Shown: positions 46,591 to 56,435, numbered from the stretch's first letter. The stretch: DNA of 64,000 nucleotides from a bacterium (GCA_030431455.1 JAUIJE010000002.1:65294-129293), one strand, 5' to 3'. Numbers and translations: made by a program. The notes: generated by a model from the sequence alone, not told the origin.

Positions 46591-49080
46591 ATGCGGGCGC
46601 GCATCATCTGGCTTTTGAAAATCGCGGGCTTCATCGGCTCGGTCGGCCTGGTCGGCGGCGTGCTCGCCGGCGGGGCCATGTACGTGGTCTGGAGCAAAGA
46701 CCTCCCCGACCTCGAGAAGCTCGAGGACTACAAGCCCGAGCAGGTCAGCCGGGTGTACTCGGTGGACGGCCGGCTCATCGGCGAGTTCGGCACCAAGCGC
46801 ATCATGGTGCCCTACGAACGCATCCCCAAGCGGCTGGTGCAGGCCTTCGTCGCCACCGAGGACAAGAAGTTCTTCGACCACCACGGCATCGACTACATCG
46901 GCATTGTGCGCGCGGTGATCTACAAGGTCGTGGGCAAGTCCAAGCGCATCGGCGGCACCTCGACCATCACCCAGCAGCTGGCCAAGGGCCTGCTCATCGA
47001 CCACGTCGGCTTTGACAAAGGCACCGAGCGCAGCATCCGGCGCAAAGCCCGCGAGGCCATCCTCGCCCGGCGCCTGGAAGAGACGTTCAACAAAGAAGAG
47101 ATTCTCTGGATTTACCTCAACCAGGTCTACCTCGGGCACGGCGCCTACGGGGTGCAGGCCGCCGCGGAGAACTACTTCCGCAAAGACGTGCAGGAGCTCA
47201 ACGTCGCCGAGATGGCGCTCATCGCCGGCCTGCCCCAAGCCCCGAGCCGCTTCTCCCCCTTCGTGAACCCCAAGTCCGCCCGCGCCCGCCAAAAGATCGT
47301 GCTCGGCCGCATGGTCGCCAACGGCTACATCTCCAAGGCCGAGCGCGACGCGGCCCTGGAAAAATCCGTCGAGCAGACCGCCCACGCCCGCGACGACCGC
47401 TTCCGCGACACCGCCCCGTACTTCACCGAGCACGTGCGCCGCTACGTCTACGACACCTACGGCGAAAAGACCCTCTACGGCGGGGGGCTGCAGATTTACA
47501 CCACCCTCGACCTCGAGCGGCAGCACTACGCCGAGAACGCCCTCGTCGGGGGCCTCCGCGCCCTCGACAAGCGCCAGGGCTACCGCGGCCCGGTGGCCCA
47601 TCTCGACGAGAAGAACATCCCCGCCGCCATCGCCGCGATCGAAAAAGAGTTCGTGCGGGGCGAGCCCATCCCGTCGGGCGAATCGCTGCTCGCGGTGGTG
47701 ACCAAGGTCGACCGCAAGAACGCCTGGGCCGAAATTCAGGTCGGCGACACCAAAGGCATCCTGCCCCTCGCGGGCATGCGCTGGGCCCGCACCCCCAACT
47801 TCCTCAAGTGGTGGGAGTACGACCTGCAAGAGACCGTGCGCGGGGTGCTGCGCCGCGGTGACGTGATTTTGGTGATGAAGGCCAAGCGCAAAAGTCTCGT
47901 CGAGGCCGCCCGGGACAAAGCCGTCGCCAACAAGATCCCCGAGGACGGCGAGCTGTTCAAGCTCGACCAAGTCCCTGAGGTCGAGGGCGCGCTCATCGCC
48001 ATGAACCCCCACACCGGGTACGTCGAGTCGATGATCGGCGGCTATGCCTTCGAGGACAGCGAGTTCAACCGCGCGTTCCAGAGCTGTCGCCAACCCGGGT
48101 CGGCGTTCAAGCCCATCGTCTACAGCGCGGCGGTGGTGCGCGAGGACTACACCCCCGCCACAATGATTCTGGATACGCCGATCACGGTGCGCGACACCGC
48201 CATCGGCAAAAGCTACAAGCCGCAGAACTTCGAAATGAACTACAAGGGCGAAGTCACCTGCCGCGAAGCGCTCATGATGTCCATGAACGTGCCCGCCCTG
48301 CACACCATGGCCAAGGTCGGGGTCAAGGAGGTCGTGCAGTTCGCCCACCGCATGGGGATCAAGACCGAACTCAAAGAAGAGATGGGCACCGCCATCGGCA
48401 GCTCCTGCGTGTCTTTGTGGGAGCTCACCCACGTCTACACCACCTGGGCGCGGGGGGGCTTGCGCCCCGAGCCGGTGTTCATCAAGCGCATCACCGGGCC
48501 TCAAGGCGAGCTCTACGAGGAGCAGGCCTCGCCCAACGACCCCTGGCAGACCCACGACCAACGCCTCGACGCCCTCTACGCCCTCCTCGACAAAGCGCCG
48601 GTGCGCGTGCTCGACGCGGTGGACGCGTACATCGTCAACTACCTGCTCACCCAGGTCGCCACCCACGGCACCGCGGCCCGCGCGTCGCGCCTGCGCAAAC
48701 CGGTGGCGGGCAAAACCGGCACCACCAACGACAGCTTCGACACCTGGTTCGCCGGGTACACGCCGAGCCTGGTCACCACCGTGTGGGTCGGCCACGACAC
48801 CAAGCGCACGCCCCTCGGGGCCCGCGAACAAGGCGGCCGCACCTCGCTGCCCATCTGGCTCAACTTCATGCAACACGCGCTCAAGGGCGTCGACGAGCAA
48901 CCTTGGCCCGAGCCGCCCGGCATCTGCACCGCCCGCGTCGACCCCCGCACCGGCAACCGCGTGTACGAGCAGACCCCAGGCAGCTTCGTCGCCCCCTTCC
49001 GCTGCGGGACCGAACCCAAGGTCGCGCCCGTGGCCGGCCTGTCCACCGCCGCGGACTTCATGAAGACCGGCGGCATCTAG
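46591..49080 (+). CDS. mrcA: penicillin-binding protein 1A (bifunctional transglycosylase/transpeptidase)
   Basis: N-terminal TM; GT51 motifs (EDKKFFDHHGID, QQLAKGLL); transpeptidase SxxK, SxN and KTG(T) motifs (e.g. KTGTTND). Confidence 0.9.
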   Translation: MRARIIWLLKIAGFIGSVGLVGGVLAGGAMYVVWSKDLPDLEKLEDYKPEQVSRVYSVDGRLIGEFGTKRIMVPYERIPKRLVQAFVATEDKKFFDHHGIDYIGIVRAVIYKVVGKSKRIGGTSTITQQLAKGLLIDHVGFDKGTERSIRRKAREAILARRLEETFNKEEILWIYLNQVYLGHGAYGVQAAAENYFRKDVQELNVAEMALIAGLPQAPSRFSPFVNPKSARARQKIVLGRMVANGYISKAERDAALEKSVEQTAHARDDRFRDTAPYFTEHVRRYVYDTYGEKTLYGGGLQIYTTLDLERQHYAENALVGGLRALDKRQGYRGPVAHLDEKNIPAAIAAIEKEFVRGEPIPSGESLLAVVTKVDRKNAWAEIQVGDTKGILPLAGMRWARTPNFLKWWEYDLQETVRGVLRRGDVILVMKAKRKSLVEAARDKAVANKIPEDGELFKLDQVPEVEGALIAMNPHTGYVESMIGGYAFEDSEFNRAFQSCRQPGSAFKPIVYSAAVVREDYTPATMILDTPITVRDTAIGKSYKPQNFEMNYKGEVTCREALMMSMNVPALHTMAKVGVKEVVQFAHRMGIKTELKEEMGTAIGSSCVSLWELTHVYTTWARGGLRPEPVFIKRITGPQGELYEEQASPNDPWQTHDQRLDALYALLDKAPVRVLDAVDAYIVNYLLTQVATHGTAARASRLRKPVAGKTGTTNDSFDTWFAGYTPSLVTTVWVGHDTKRTPLGAREQGGRTSLPIWLNFMQHALKGVDEQPWPEPPGICTARVDPRTGNRVYEQTPGSFVAPFRCGTEPKVAPVAGLSTAADFMKTGGI

Positions 49081-49086
49081 TTCTTT

Positions 49087-49108
49087 CCGGGGGGAGTTCC
49101 TCCCCCCG
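49087..49108. terminator. GC hairpin CCGGGGGGAG-ttc-CTCCCCCCGG immediately after the PBP1A stop
   Basis: Stem of 9-10 bp with a 3-nt loop, starting 7 nt after TAG at 49080. It is not followed by a U-run. Confidence 0.4.
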
Positions 49109-49180
49109 CCCCTTCACGGCTCGCAAGCTCACCGAGTCAGGGGCCCCACCCCCGAGTCGCCGCTCCAACGGCCTCCGGCC

Positions 49181-49550
49181 GGTCGCGGCGGCGCCGTATG
49201 CCGTGGCCATTCCGGAGGAATGGCTGAAGCAACGCGAAGCGTTGCCATCGCATACGGCCCGCTTCGGCGTCCAGGCCGTCCCCTTGCATCGCAAGGGGAA
49301 CGCAACGCGTGCGTTGCCCCTCACCCTCATACGTGTTCTGCGCCGTGAAGGTCGCCGGTCGCGGCGGCGCCGTATGCCGTGGCCATTCCGGAGGAATGGC
49401 TGAAGCAACGCGAAGCGTTGCCAGGACATTCCGGAGGAATGGCTGAAGCAACGCAAGGCGTTGCCAGGACATTCCGGAGGAATGGCTGAAGCAACCCAAG
49501 GCGTTGCCAGGACATGCCGGAGGAATGGCTAGAGCGAGGGTGTTGGCGAC
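49181..49550. repeat. array of about 43-bp hairpin-containing repeats (core CATTCCGGAGGAATGGCTGAAGCAACGCGAAGCGTTGCC)
   Basis: Core copies start at 49207, 49383, 49427, 49470 and 49513 (the last is degenerate). Copies 2-5 are head-to-tail with a 43-44 bp period. Each carries two palindromes (CCATTCC-gga-GGAATGG and GCAACGC-gaa-GCGTTGC). A longer 66-bp unit is duplicated at 49181 and 49357. Confidence 0.7.
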
Positions 49551-49772
49551 CCGTCATACATGAACATTGTGTCCGGCGCGTCTCAAGACCGACGCGAGGG
49601 GAAACGGCGGCGCGCAACGGGCTGAAAGGTCGCTGAATCCCGTGCCGTCTGCGGGGCCTCACCGCCTGGCCTGCGCGCGCCCAACGACAAAACGCACCCG
49701 AGGGTGCGTTTTGCCGGTCACGGGCGATCACCGTCGATCGCAATGTGACAGTGTGGTTGTCTGGGGAAAAAC

Positions 49773-50249
49773 CTATTGGGCCACCGGGCCGGCGTCGCTG
49801 TCGCCGGTCCCCGCGTCGTCGCCGCCCTCTTCGATCACGGTGCACTCGCCGTCGATCACACCCGCGTCGCCTTCGTCGATGGGGTTGCCCGCGTCGTCGA
49901 GGGCTTCCACCGGGGCCGGCTCGTCACAGCCGTCGCAGTCATGGTCGACGCCGTCGCCGGCGAGGTCCTCGGAGCCGGGGTGGATGAGCTCGTTGTTGTC
50001 GTTGCAGTCGTCGATCTCGGCGCAGTAGCCGTCGCCGTCGTTGTCGGTGCAATCGAGACCGGTGCCCACCCCGTAGCAAGCCATCAAGGTCACGCTCAGC
50101 GCGCTGCCCACCGTCGTGGCCATCAGGCCCCGGTAGATTTTGGTGATCGACAGACCCGGCCCGGCGATGCGGGCGTCGCAGTGGGGACAGACGCGTGCGC
50201 CCGTCGGCAAGAACCCTTCACAAGACGAACAAGAACTCAGTTTTGGCAT
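49773..50249 (-). CDS. zinc-ribbon / single-TM protein with MopE-like putative metal-binding Cys/Asp motifs
   Basis: Start at ATG 50249, with GGAGGG 8 nt upstream. CSSCEG...CPHCDAR zinc ribbon, a TM helix, then DCTDNDGDGYCAEIDDCNDNN...DHDCDGCDE. Confidence 0.55.
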   Translation of the reverse strand: MPKLSSCSSCEGFLPTGARVCPHCDARIAGPGLSITKIYRGLMATTVGSALSVTLMACYGVGTGLDCTDNDGDGYCAEIDDCNDNNELIHPGSEDLAGDGVDHDCDGCDEPAPVEALDDAGNPIDEGDAGVIDGECTVIEEGGDDAGTGDSDAGPVAQ

Positions 50250-50508
50250 TTTTCCACCCTCCGATTTTGTCAGTGCCATTGCGCCAGGGGCGCGGTTGCC
50301 ATGAGCACAATCCACGCACCGTGCCAGGTGACTCTGCCCGCCTGGCATCGCGATCTGCGGCCTCGGCACCGCGACAGACGCGCCCGCCGGGGGACACGGA
50401 TGTCGCGATCGGCGCCGCCCCCAGGGCCCGCGACCGGCTCGCCCCGGGCCTTTCCGGCTTTGACCCGCCTGGCGCACGCATTGCACTGTAGAGCCGCGGG
50501 AGGTGTTC

Positions 50509-51732
50509 ATGTCCAATCGCCGGCGCATCGAGATCAAAGACCACGGCTTCTACCCGGCCTATGTCGTCTGGGAGCTGACCCTCAAGTGTGACCACCTCTG
50601 CCACCACTGTGGCTCCCGCGCGGGCCGGGCCCGGGACGAAGAGCTCGACCTCGAGCAGGCCCTCTCGGTGGTGGACCAAATGGCGGCCATGGGCACCCGC
50701 GAGGTCGTGCTCATCGGCGGCGAAGCCTACCTCTACGAGCACCACCTCGCGGTCATCCGCGCCCTGCGCGCCCACGACATCAACGTGTGCATCACCACCG
50801 GCGGCCGCGGCATCACCCGTGAGCGTGCACAAGCATTGGCGGAGGCCGGCGTACGCCTGGTGTCCGTGTCCATCGACGGCCTCGAGGCCGAACACAACCA
50901 AATCCGCAACAGCCAGGGCAGCTTCCAATCCACCATGCGCGCCCTCGACAACCTGCGCGCGGCCGGCATCAAGACCGGCTCCAACATCAACATCAACCGC
51001 ATCAACCAACACTGCCTCGAGGACCTCTACGAACACCTCAAGGGCAAGGGCATCGACGTCTGGCAGGTACAGATCACCTCCGCCCTCGGCCGGGCCGCGG
51101 ACCGCCCCGAAATGTTGCTGCAACCCTACGACTTGCTCACGGTCATGCCCCGCATCGCCGCCCTCAAGGAGCGCGCGATCCGAGACGGCATCTCCATGAT
51201 GCCGGGCAACAACCTCGGCTACTTCGGGCCCGAAGAGAAGCTTTTGCGTTCGCTCAAAAAAGACCACCAAGACCACTGGGCCGGCTGCCAGGCGGGACGC
51301 TTCGTGATGGGCATCGAGTCCGACGGGGGGGTCAAGGGCTGCCCGTCCCTGCAGTCAGACAGTTACATTGGGGGGCACGTGACCGAACGCCCCTTGCGCG
51401 AGATCTGGGACCAGACCGAGCGGCTCGCCTTCGCCCGGTCCCGCACCCGTGAAGACCTCTGGGGGCACTGCGCGGAGTGTGTGTTCGCCGATACCTGCCT
51501 CGGGGGGTGTTCGTTCACCGCCCACGCGTTGTTCGGGCGGCCGGGCAACAATCCGTATTGCCACTTCCGCGCCCAGCAGTTCGACAAGCGCGGCCTGCGC
51601 GAACGCCTGGTGCGCACCGAGGCCGCGCCCGGGCTGCCCTTCGACCACGCCAAGTTCGAGATCGTCGTCGAGGAAGTGCCCGCCACCGACCGCGAAGCCT
51701 CCGCGCCCCGCCGCCTCAAGGTCGTCGCCTAG
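50509..51732 (+). CDS. radical SAM / SPASM-domain enzyme (peptide-modifying or anSME-like maturase)
   Basis: CDHLCHHC (CxxxCxxC) radical-SAM cluster; C-terminal SPASM Cys pattern GCQAGRF...GGVKGCPSL...GHCAECVFADTCLGGCSF...YCHF. GGGAGG RBS 6 nt before the ATG. Confidence 0.85.
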   Translation: MSNRRRIEIKDHGFYPAYVVWELTLKCDHLCHHCGSRAGRARDEELDLEQALSVVDQMAAMGTREVVLIGGEAYLYEHHLAVIRALRAHDINVCITTGGRGITRERAQALAEAGVRLVSVSIDGLEAEHNQIRNSQGSFQSTMRALDNLRAAGIKTGSNININRINQHCLEDLYEHLKGKGIDVWQVQITSALGRAADRPEMLLQPYDLLTVMPRIAALKERAIRDGISMMPGNNLGYFGPEEKLLRSLKKDHQDHWAGCQAGRFVMGIESDGGVKGCPSLQSDSYIGGHVTERPLREIWDQTERLAFARSRTREDLWGHCAECVFADTCLGGCSFTAHALFGRPGNNPYCHFRAQQFDKRGLRERLVRTEAAPGLPFDHAKFEIVVEEVPATDREASAPRRLKVVA

Positions 51733-51796
51733 GCCCTCCACGGGCCAAAAAAAAAGCGCACCCCGTGGGGGTGCGCCTTTTTGTGCACAGCGGGGT

Positions 51797-53158
51797 TTAG
51801 ATCACGCCGGGCAGACGAGCGCCGAGGCCGCCTTTGAGCTTGGGCGCTTTGCCACCCTCGGCGCGCGAGCTGAACACCAGCTCGATGGCTTTGCCCGCGA
51901 CGTTTTCGTTGTCGCGCGGGGTGACCACCAAGGGGTCGCCCTCTTGCACGTTGCCGAGGTTGAGGTTGAGGGTGCGGTCGTCGGGGATGGTGGCGGTGAA
52001 GGTCTCGCCCGAGCGGGTGTTGAGCACCGTGACCGTGGCCCGCGGCTCCATCGCCCCGAAGCCGGACAGGCTCACCGAACGTTTGAAGTTGCGCACCAGC
52101 GCCAGGTCGTTGCGGCTGATGATGCCGTCCTCGGCCGAGTTGTTGACCTGCTCGAACGCGGCGAAGCGCTCCTTGTCCGAGGTGAGCTCCTTGAGCGCGT
52201 TGCGGGTGGTCTCCGACAGCGTCTCGTCTTTGCTCGCCTTGACCAGGTCGTCGAGGTTGAGGTTGGCGTTGTTGTCCTTGCCCGCGGCCTTGGCGATGTT
52301 GCCGTATTGGCCGTAGAGCACGTTGGCGACCGCGGAGTCGTTCTCGTCGAAGCGACAATCCTCGACGAGGCTGAGCTTGTCCTCGAGGATCTGCGGCGGA
52401 CGGGTGTCGTTGACCGCTTTGATGATGAGATTCTTGCGGGCGGCCTCGCCGTCGAGGGCGTTGAGCTGGCCGCCGCGGGTGGCGACGTTGCGGTTGTCGA
52501 CCCGCTCGGTGACCATGCCGTTGGCCCAGTCGTCGGGCTCGAACTCGCCGGTGACGGGCATCGAGGGGTTGCCCGAGTGGTCGACCTGGCGGAGCTGGAA
52601 CACGTCGCCCGGCTCGATGCCGAACTTCTTCATCTGGTCCGCGTTGAGGTACACCGCGCCTTCGCGGCGCTCGACGTTGCGGCCGGTGAGGGTCAGCTCG
52701 GTGACGTCGTTTTTGCGCTCAAAGTTGGCGCTGGGGTCTTTGGAGAGGTTGATCAGCTGCAGGGTGCTGCCGAGCTCGACGTTGCGCAGCTCGAGGTACA
52801 CCGGATCGCGGCCCGCGGGGCGGATGGTGGTGGTGCGGTTGGGGCGGAAGGTGGCGCCCTCGGCCGCCCGGTCGAACGCGCGGGCGTTGACGATCTGCGG
52901 GGTGGGCGCGGGCTCCATGTCCGACTTGTCGTGGCGGGAGCACGCGTTGAGGAAGTTGACGATGGCCTGTTTGGCGTCGCCGTCGAGCTTGGGCCCGAGC
53001 TGGGTCACGATGCCCTCGAGGTCTTTGCGCTCGTTTTTGGACAGGCGGTTGCCGTCGCGGGCCGCGTCGAGGAGCTGTTGCGCGTCCTGTTGGCTGATGT
53101 TGCCGTCTTGGATGGCTTGGGTGTACGCGGAACGAATCTTCGAGTCGCGGATTTGCAT
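51797..53158 (-). CDS. hypothetical cytoplasmic protein (N/K/D-rich, EF-hand-like tandem DGNxS motifs at N-terminus)
   Basis: 453 aa, GC3-biased, GGAG RBS, no signal peptide. It sits 180 bp downstream of large module gene 2 and is convergent with the rSAM gene. Confidence 0.5.
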   Translation of the reverse strand: MQIRDSKIRSAYTQAIQDGNISQQDAQQLLDAARDGNRLSKNERKDLEGIVTQLGPKLDGDAKQAIVNFLNACSRHDKSDMEPAPTPQIVNARAFDRAAEGATFRPNRTTTIRPAGRDPVYLELRNVELGSTLQLINLSKDPSANFERKNDVTELTLTGRNVERREGAVYLNADQMKKFGIEPGDVFQLRQVDHSGNPSMPVTGEFEPDDWANGMVTERVDNRNVATRGGQLNALDGEAARKNLIIKAVNDTRPPQILEDKLSLVEDCRFDENDSAVANVLYGQYGNIAKAAGKDNNANLNLDDLVKASKDETLSETTRNALKELTSDKERFAAFEQVNNSAEDGIISRNDLALVRNFKRSVSLSGFGAMEPRATVTVLNTRSGETFTATIPDDRTLNLNLGNVQEGDPLVVTPRDNENVAGKAIELVFSSRAEGGKAPKLKGGLGARLPGVI

Positions 53159-53337
53159 GAGGGTGTCTCCAGGGGTGAGGAACTCGGTCGAAAGGTTCTA
53201 TCCAACCAGCGCGGTTTTGGCGCTCCGGGGGAAACGAATTGAGACGGTCGGGTGGACGAGATCTGCAGACATTGTCGTTGTCTGTCGCACACTGTGCGAT
53301 TCGGGCGGGCCGCGATCGGACCGTGCCCCCGGGGGCT

Positions 53338-55710
53338 TCAGGGGAGCAGCTGCACGGTGGTGGCGGGCAGGGCGCGGGTGTACAGGCGCACCTCGTCGAT
53401 GGTGCCGGGGAACCAGTACCCGCCTTCGTAGGTGCCGAGGGTCATCGGCTCGCTGCCCGCGATGGAGCCGAAGGTGGGCGGGATGAGCGCGAGATCGACC
53501 AACGCGGCGTCGACATACCCCCGGGCTTCGCCGGCCGCGCGATCGAACACCAATGACAAACAATGGGGGGCGCCAGCGAGGGCGTCGGTCCCGAAATCGA
53601 CCACCACCACGGTTTCGTTCACGTCGACGATGTTGGCGTACCAAGACCCCGCGCCCGCGTTGAACAACACCCCCGCTTGGTCGGGGGTGCCGCCGCCGAG
53701 GGAAAAGGGGTTTTCGTTGACGTCGCTGGGGGGCGCCTGGTTGACGCAGGCAAACACGGTGAACGATTCGGCCCCGAGCAGGTCGGAGGTCACGCTGGGA
53801 ACGGTCACATAGGTGTTGGGGCCCGTGACAATGCCATTGCCCAACACGCCGGGGGCCTGGCCGGGGTTGCCCACCAGGACCCCGTCGTGGCCCGCGCCGG
53901 TGTGGTCGGTGACGCCGCCCACCGTCGACTCGAAGCTGTAGTACAGGAGCAGGTCGTCGGGGGGCCCTTGGTGTTCGATGGCGCCGCTGTCGCAGGCCGC
54001 GCCCACCGGGCGGGGGCGCCCGAAGATGTCCGTGGCCGGACACGGGCCGACCGCGCGGTCGATGGCCAATGATGACAAGCGCTGGCCCCAGGGCAAGCCA
54101 AAGCCAAAGGGCTCGTCGGCAAACGGGGACACCGCGGTCGGGGACACGACGTCGCTGGGGCCGGTGCAGATGGGGTCTGGCCCGACGAACACATTCTGGC
54201 CTTGGGAGGTCACGGTGCCGCCCCCGCCGATGAGGCACAGGGCGCTGGCGCTGCCTTGATCAAACACATTGGCGCGAATGTTGACGCTCGGCCCCAAAAA
54301 CAGGTGAAGGCCCACCGGGGTGTTGTTGATGAAGGTGCTGAACGCCACCGTGTTGGTGCTGTTGCCGCAGAACAACACCGCGCCTTCGGTGCCCGGCGAG
54401 GTGTTGTCGACGAACAAGCTCCCGGTGATGGTCAGGCTGACCGGGTCGCAGTTCTGGTCGATGGCGGCGCCCCCCGACGTGGCGGTGTTGCCCTCGAACA
54501 CGCTGGCTTCGATGGTGCTCGAGAACGCGCCCCCGATGAACGCCACCGCGCCACCGAAATCGGTGGCCTGGTTGGACTCGAACCGCGCGCCCACGATCGT
54601 GGTGGGCGTGTCCCGCAGGGCGAGCGCGCCCCCCTTGGTGCCGCCTTGGGCGGCGTTGCCGCTGAACCACGCGTCGCGCACCGTGAGGTCCGAGAGCTCG
54701 GCGCTGATCGCCCCCCCGCCGTCGCTGTCGACGTCGCCCGGCGCGTCCTGCGCGACGTTGTTCACAAACTGGCAGTCGTCGACCACCAACGTCGTGTTCA
54801 GGGCCCGGACCGCGCCCCCCCCGTCGGCGTCGCTGGTCACGCCGTTGCTGAACGCGAGGTGGCGCAGCTCGACGGTGGTGTCCTCGAACCGAAAAAACCG
54901 CTCCAACGACGCAAACGACGTGTGCGCGGCCAAGCCGCCCTCGATGATCATCGCGTCGACATCGCCCATCACCACCTGGGCCAACAGGGTCACCGACGGC
55001 ACCCCCAGCCGCACAAACCAGGGCCCGTTGGGCGCGGCTTGGGCCTCGGCCAACGCCGCCCGCAGCGTGCAGGTGCCGGCCCCGGTGGCACACACCCCGT
55101 CGCCCGGGGTCAGGTCCACCTCGTCGCCGCCGTCGTCGACAAGCAGGTAGGCGTGGTCCGCCTCAACACAAACCGCGTGGGCCTCGGCCGCGGGCACGCC
55201 GCCCGGGGTGCCGCCCAACCCGCACCACACCGCGTCACAGCGCACCGGCTCGAGGAGGCCGCACGCCGGGTCCGGCGCGCCGCAGCCACAATCGCACACC
55301 GCGTCGCCGTGCCGCGCCGGGTCGCAGAACCAATCGCCCGGCACCCCGCCATCGGGCCCGACCACACCCGCATCTCCCGCGTCGCTGACCCCGGCGTCCG
55401 CATCGCCGTCGCCATCGCCATCCCCGTCGCCATCCCCGTCCCCGTCGCCGTCGCCATCCCCGTCCCCGTCGCCATCGCCGTCCCCATCGCCATCCCCGTC
55501 CCCATCCCCGTCCCCATCTCCATCCCCGTCCCCATCGCCGTCCCCGTCCCCGTCGCCGTCGCCGTCGCCCGCTTGGCACACCCCGTCGAGGCACCGGTCG
55601 CCACCGGGACAGTTGGCGTCGCCGTCGCACGGCAGCGGCGTGAGCCCCCAGGTCAAACACCCGGTGCTCGCCACCCCCCAACACAAAAGCCACGCCCCCC
55701 GCCAGGTCAT
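53338..55710 (-). CDS. large lipoprotein: Cys knot, (GD)n linker, right-handed beta-helix, C-terminal LamG-like domain, module copy 2
   Basis: Start at ATG 55710 (MTWRGAWLLCWGVASTGC...CDGDANCPGGDRCLDGVCQAGDGDGD...). CTLRAALAEAQ motif; beta-helix repeats; the C-terminal ...GYWFPGTIDEVRLYTRAL has the LamG pattern. The start overlaps the small partner's stop (ATGA). Confidence 0.75.
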   Translation of the reverse strand: MTWRGAWLLCWGVASTGCLTWGLTPLPCDGDANCPGGDRCLDGVCQAGDGDGDGDGDGDGDGDGDGDGDGDGDGDGDGDGDGDGDGDGDGDGDGDGDGDGDGDADAGVSDAGDAGVVGPDGGVPGDWFCDPARHGDAVCDCGCGAPDPACGLLEPVRCDAVWCGLGGTPGGVPAAEAHAVCVEADHAYLLVDDGGDEVDLTPGDGVCATGAGTCTLRAALAEAQAAPNGPWFVRLGVPSVTLLAQVVMGDVDAMIIEGGLAAHTSFASLERFFRFEDTTVELRHLAFSNGVTSDADGGGAVRALNTTLVVDDCQFVNNVAQDAPGDVDSDGGGAISAELSDLTVRDAWFSGNAAQGGTKGGALALRDTPTTIVGARFESNQATDFGGAVAFIGGAFSSTIEASVFEGNTATSGGAAIDQNCDPVSLTITGSLFVDNTSPGTEGAVLFCGNSTNTVAFSTFINNTPVGLHLFLGPSVNIRANVFDQGSASALCLIGGGGTVTSQGQNVFVGPDPICTGPSDVVSPTAVSPFADEPFGFGLPWGQRLSSLAIDRAVGPCPATDIFGRPRPVGAACDSGAIEHQGPPDDLLLYYSFESTVGGVTDHTGAGHDGVLVGNPGQAPGVLGNGIVTGPNTYVTVPSVTSDLLGAESFTVFACVNQAPPSDVNENPFSLGGGTPDQAGVLFNAGAGSWYANIVDVNETVVVVDFGTDALAGAPHCLSLVFDRAAGEARGYVDAALVDLALIPPTFGSIAGSEPMTLGTYEGGYWFPGTIDEVRLYTRALPATTVQLLP

Positions 55711-56435
55711 TCGACAAGCCCCCACACCAACAGGCCCGCGCCGGCGGCGAGGGACACGACGACGACCACCGGCCCGGCCACGGTGTTGGCCCGGCCCCAC
55801 AGCACCAAACCCGCGCGAACGTCCCCCGGGCTCGACGGGGTGGACAACAGCTGCTCGACGAGCAGGGCTTGGCCGAGCACCGCGGTCGCGGCGAGCGCGC
55901 CGAGCACCAACGCGCCGCCCCCCGCCCACAACATCCACGGCACGCCGCCGGCCGGGGTTTTGGCCGGGGCCACCGGGTCGGGGGGGTGGGCCGCGCCGGT
56001 GGTGAACTTGACCTCGTCGCGCACGAGCTCGAAGAAAGACAGAATCTTCGGCGGGGTGTCCGGCGGCAGTTGGTGGTCGGGCTCGCGCTGCAACACGTGC
56101 AGGAAGTTGAGGCGGGCCTGGACGTCATGGCCGATGACGACGTTGGCCATGCCCGCGTAGAGGTTGGCTTCAAAACGTTGCGCCTTGGTGGCGCCTTTGT
56201 CGCTGGCGGCGATCATCAACTCGTCCGCGGCGGTCTGGTACTCGAGGTTCTCCAGGGCCGCCTTGCCCCGCTCGATGTGGCGGTCGACGTCGTCCGGCGA
56301 GGACAGCGGGGCCAACCAGAGGATGCACACGGCGGTGAGCACAGGGTCGTGACTATCGCAAAACCGCCCCGCCGCCGTCGAGCGACCGCGCGCATACAAA
56401 GTGCGACATCGGGCGCGGCCGGGCCGGGCCGGCAT
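55707..56435 (-). CDS. small TPR-like membrane-anchored protein, module copy 2
   Basis: ...CDSHDPVLTAVCILWLAPLSS signal-like region, then NLEYQTAADELM...RFEANLYAGMANVVIGHDVQARLNFLHVLQREP...PPKILSFFELVRDEV, a Pro linker and a TM hairpin. The start is uncertain (ATG 56435 or GTG 56342). Confidence 0.6.
   Translation of the reverse strand: MPARPGRARCRTLYARGRSTAAGRFCDSHDPVLTAVCILWLAPLSSPDDVDRHIERGKAALENLEYQTAADELMIAASDKGATKAQRFEANLYAGMANVVIGHDVQARLNFLHVLQREPDHQLPPDTPPKILSFFELVRDEVKFTTGAAHPPDPVAPAKTPAGGVPWMLWAGGGALVLGALAATAVLGQALLVEQLLSTPSSPGDVRAGLVLWGRANTVAGPVVVVVSLAAGAGLLVWGLVE

Noticed and set aside
44242-48900. 1552-aa ORF on the minus strand
   Set aside because: It is a chimera. Only the last 730 codons (from ATG 46431) encode the MYXO-CTERM beta-helix paralog. 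The upstream 820 codons are an open antisense frame across the PBP1A gene (low-complexity G/A/V/R-rich, no signal peptide before it)..
49181-49550. Possible CRISPR array
   Set aside because: The repeats are directly abutting 43-bp units with no unique spacers, and no cas genes are nearby. Interpreted as a REP/MITE-like hairpin array instead.
50250-50508. Candidate RiPP precursor ORF (MSTIHAPCQVTLPAWH…) in the rSAM upstream intergenic region
   Set aside because: It is in frame with a long artifact ORF (49776..50591), has weak GC3 bias (many A/T-ending codons) and no RBS. Not called.
53198-54238. 346-aa minus ORF overlapping the module-copy-2 lipoprotein
   Set aside because: Alternate frame inside the well-supported 53338..55710 gene; Arg/Pro/Gly-rich junk.
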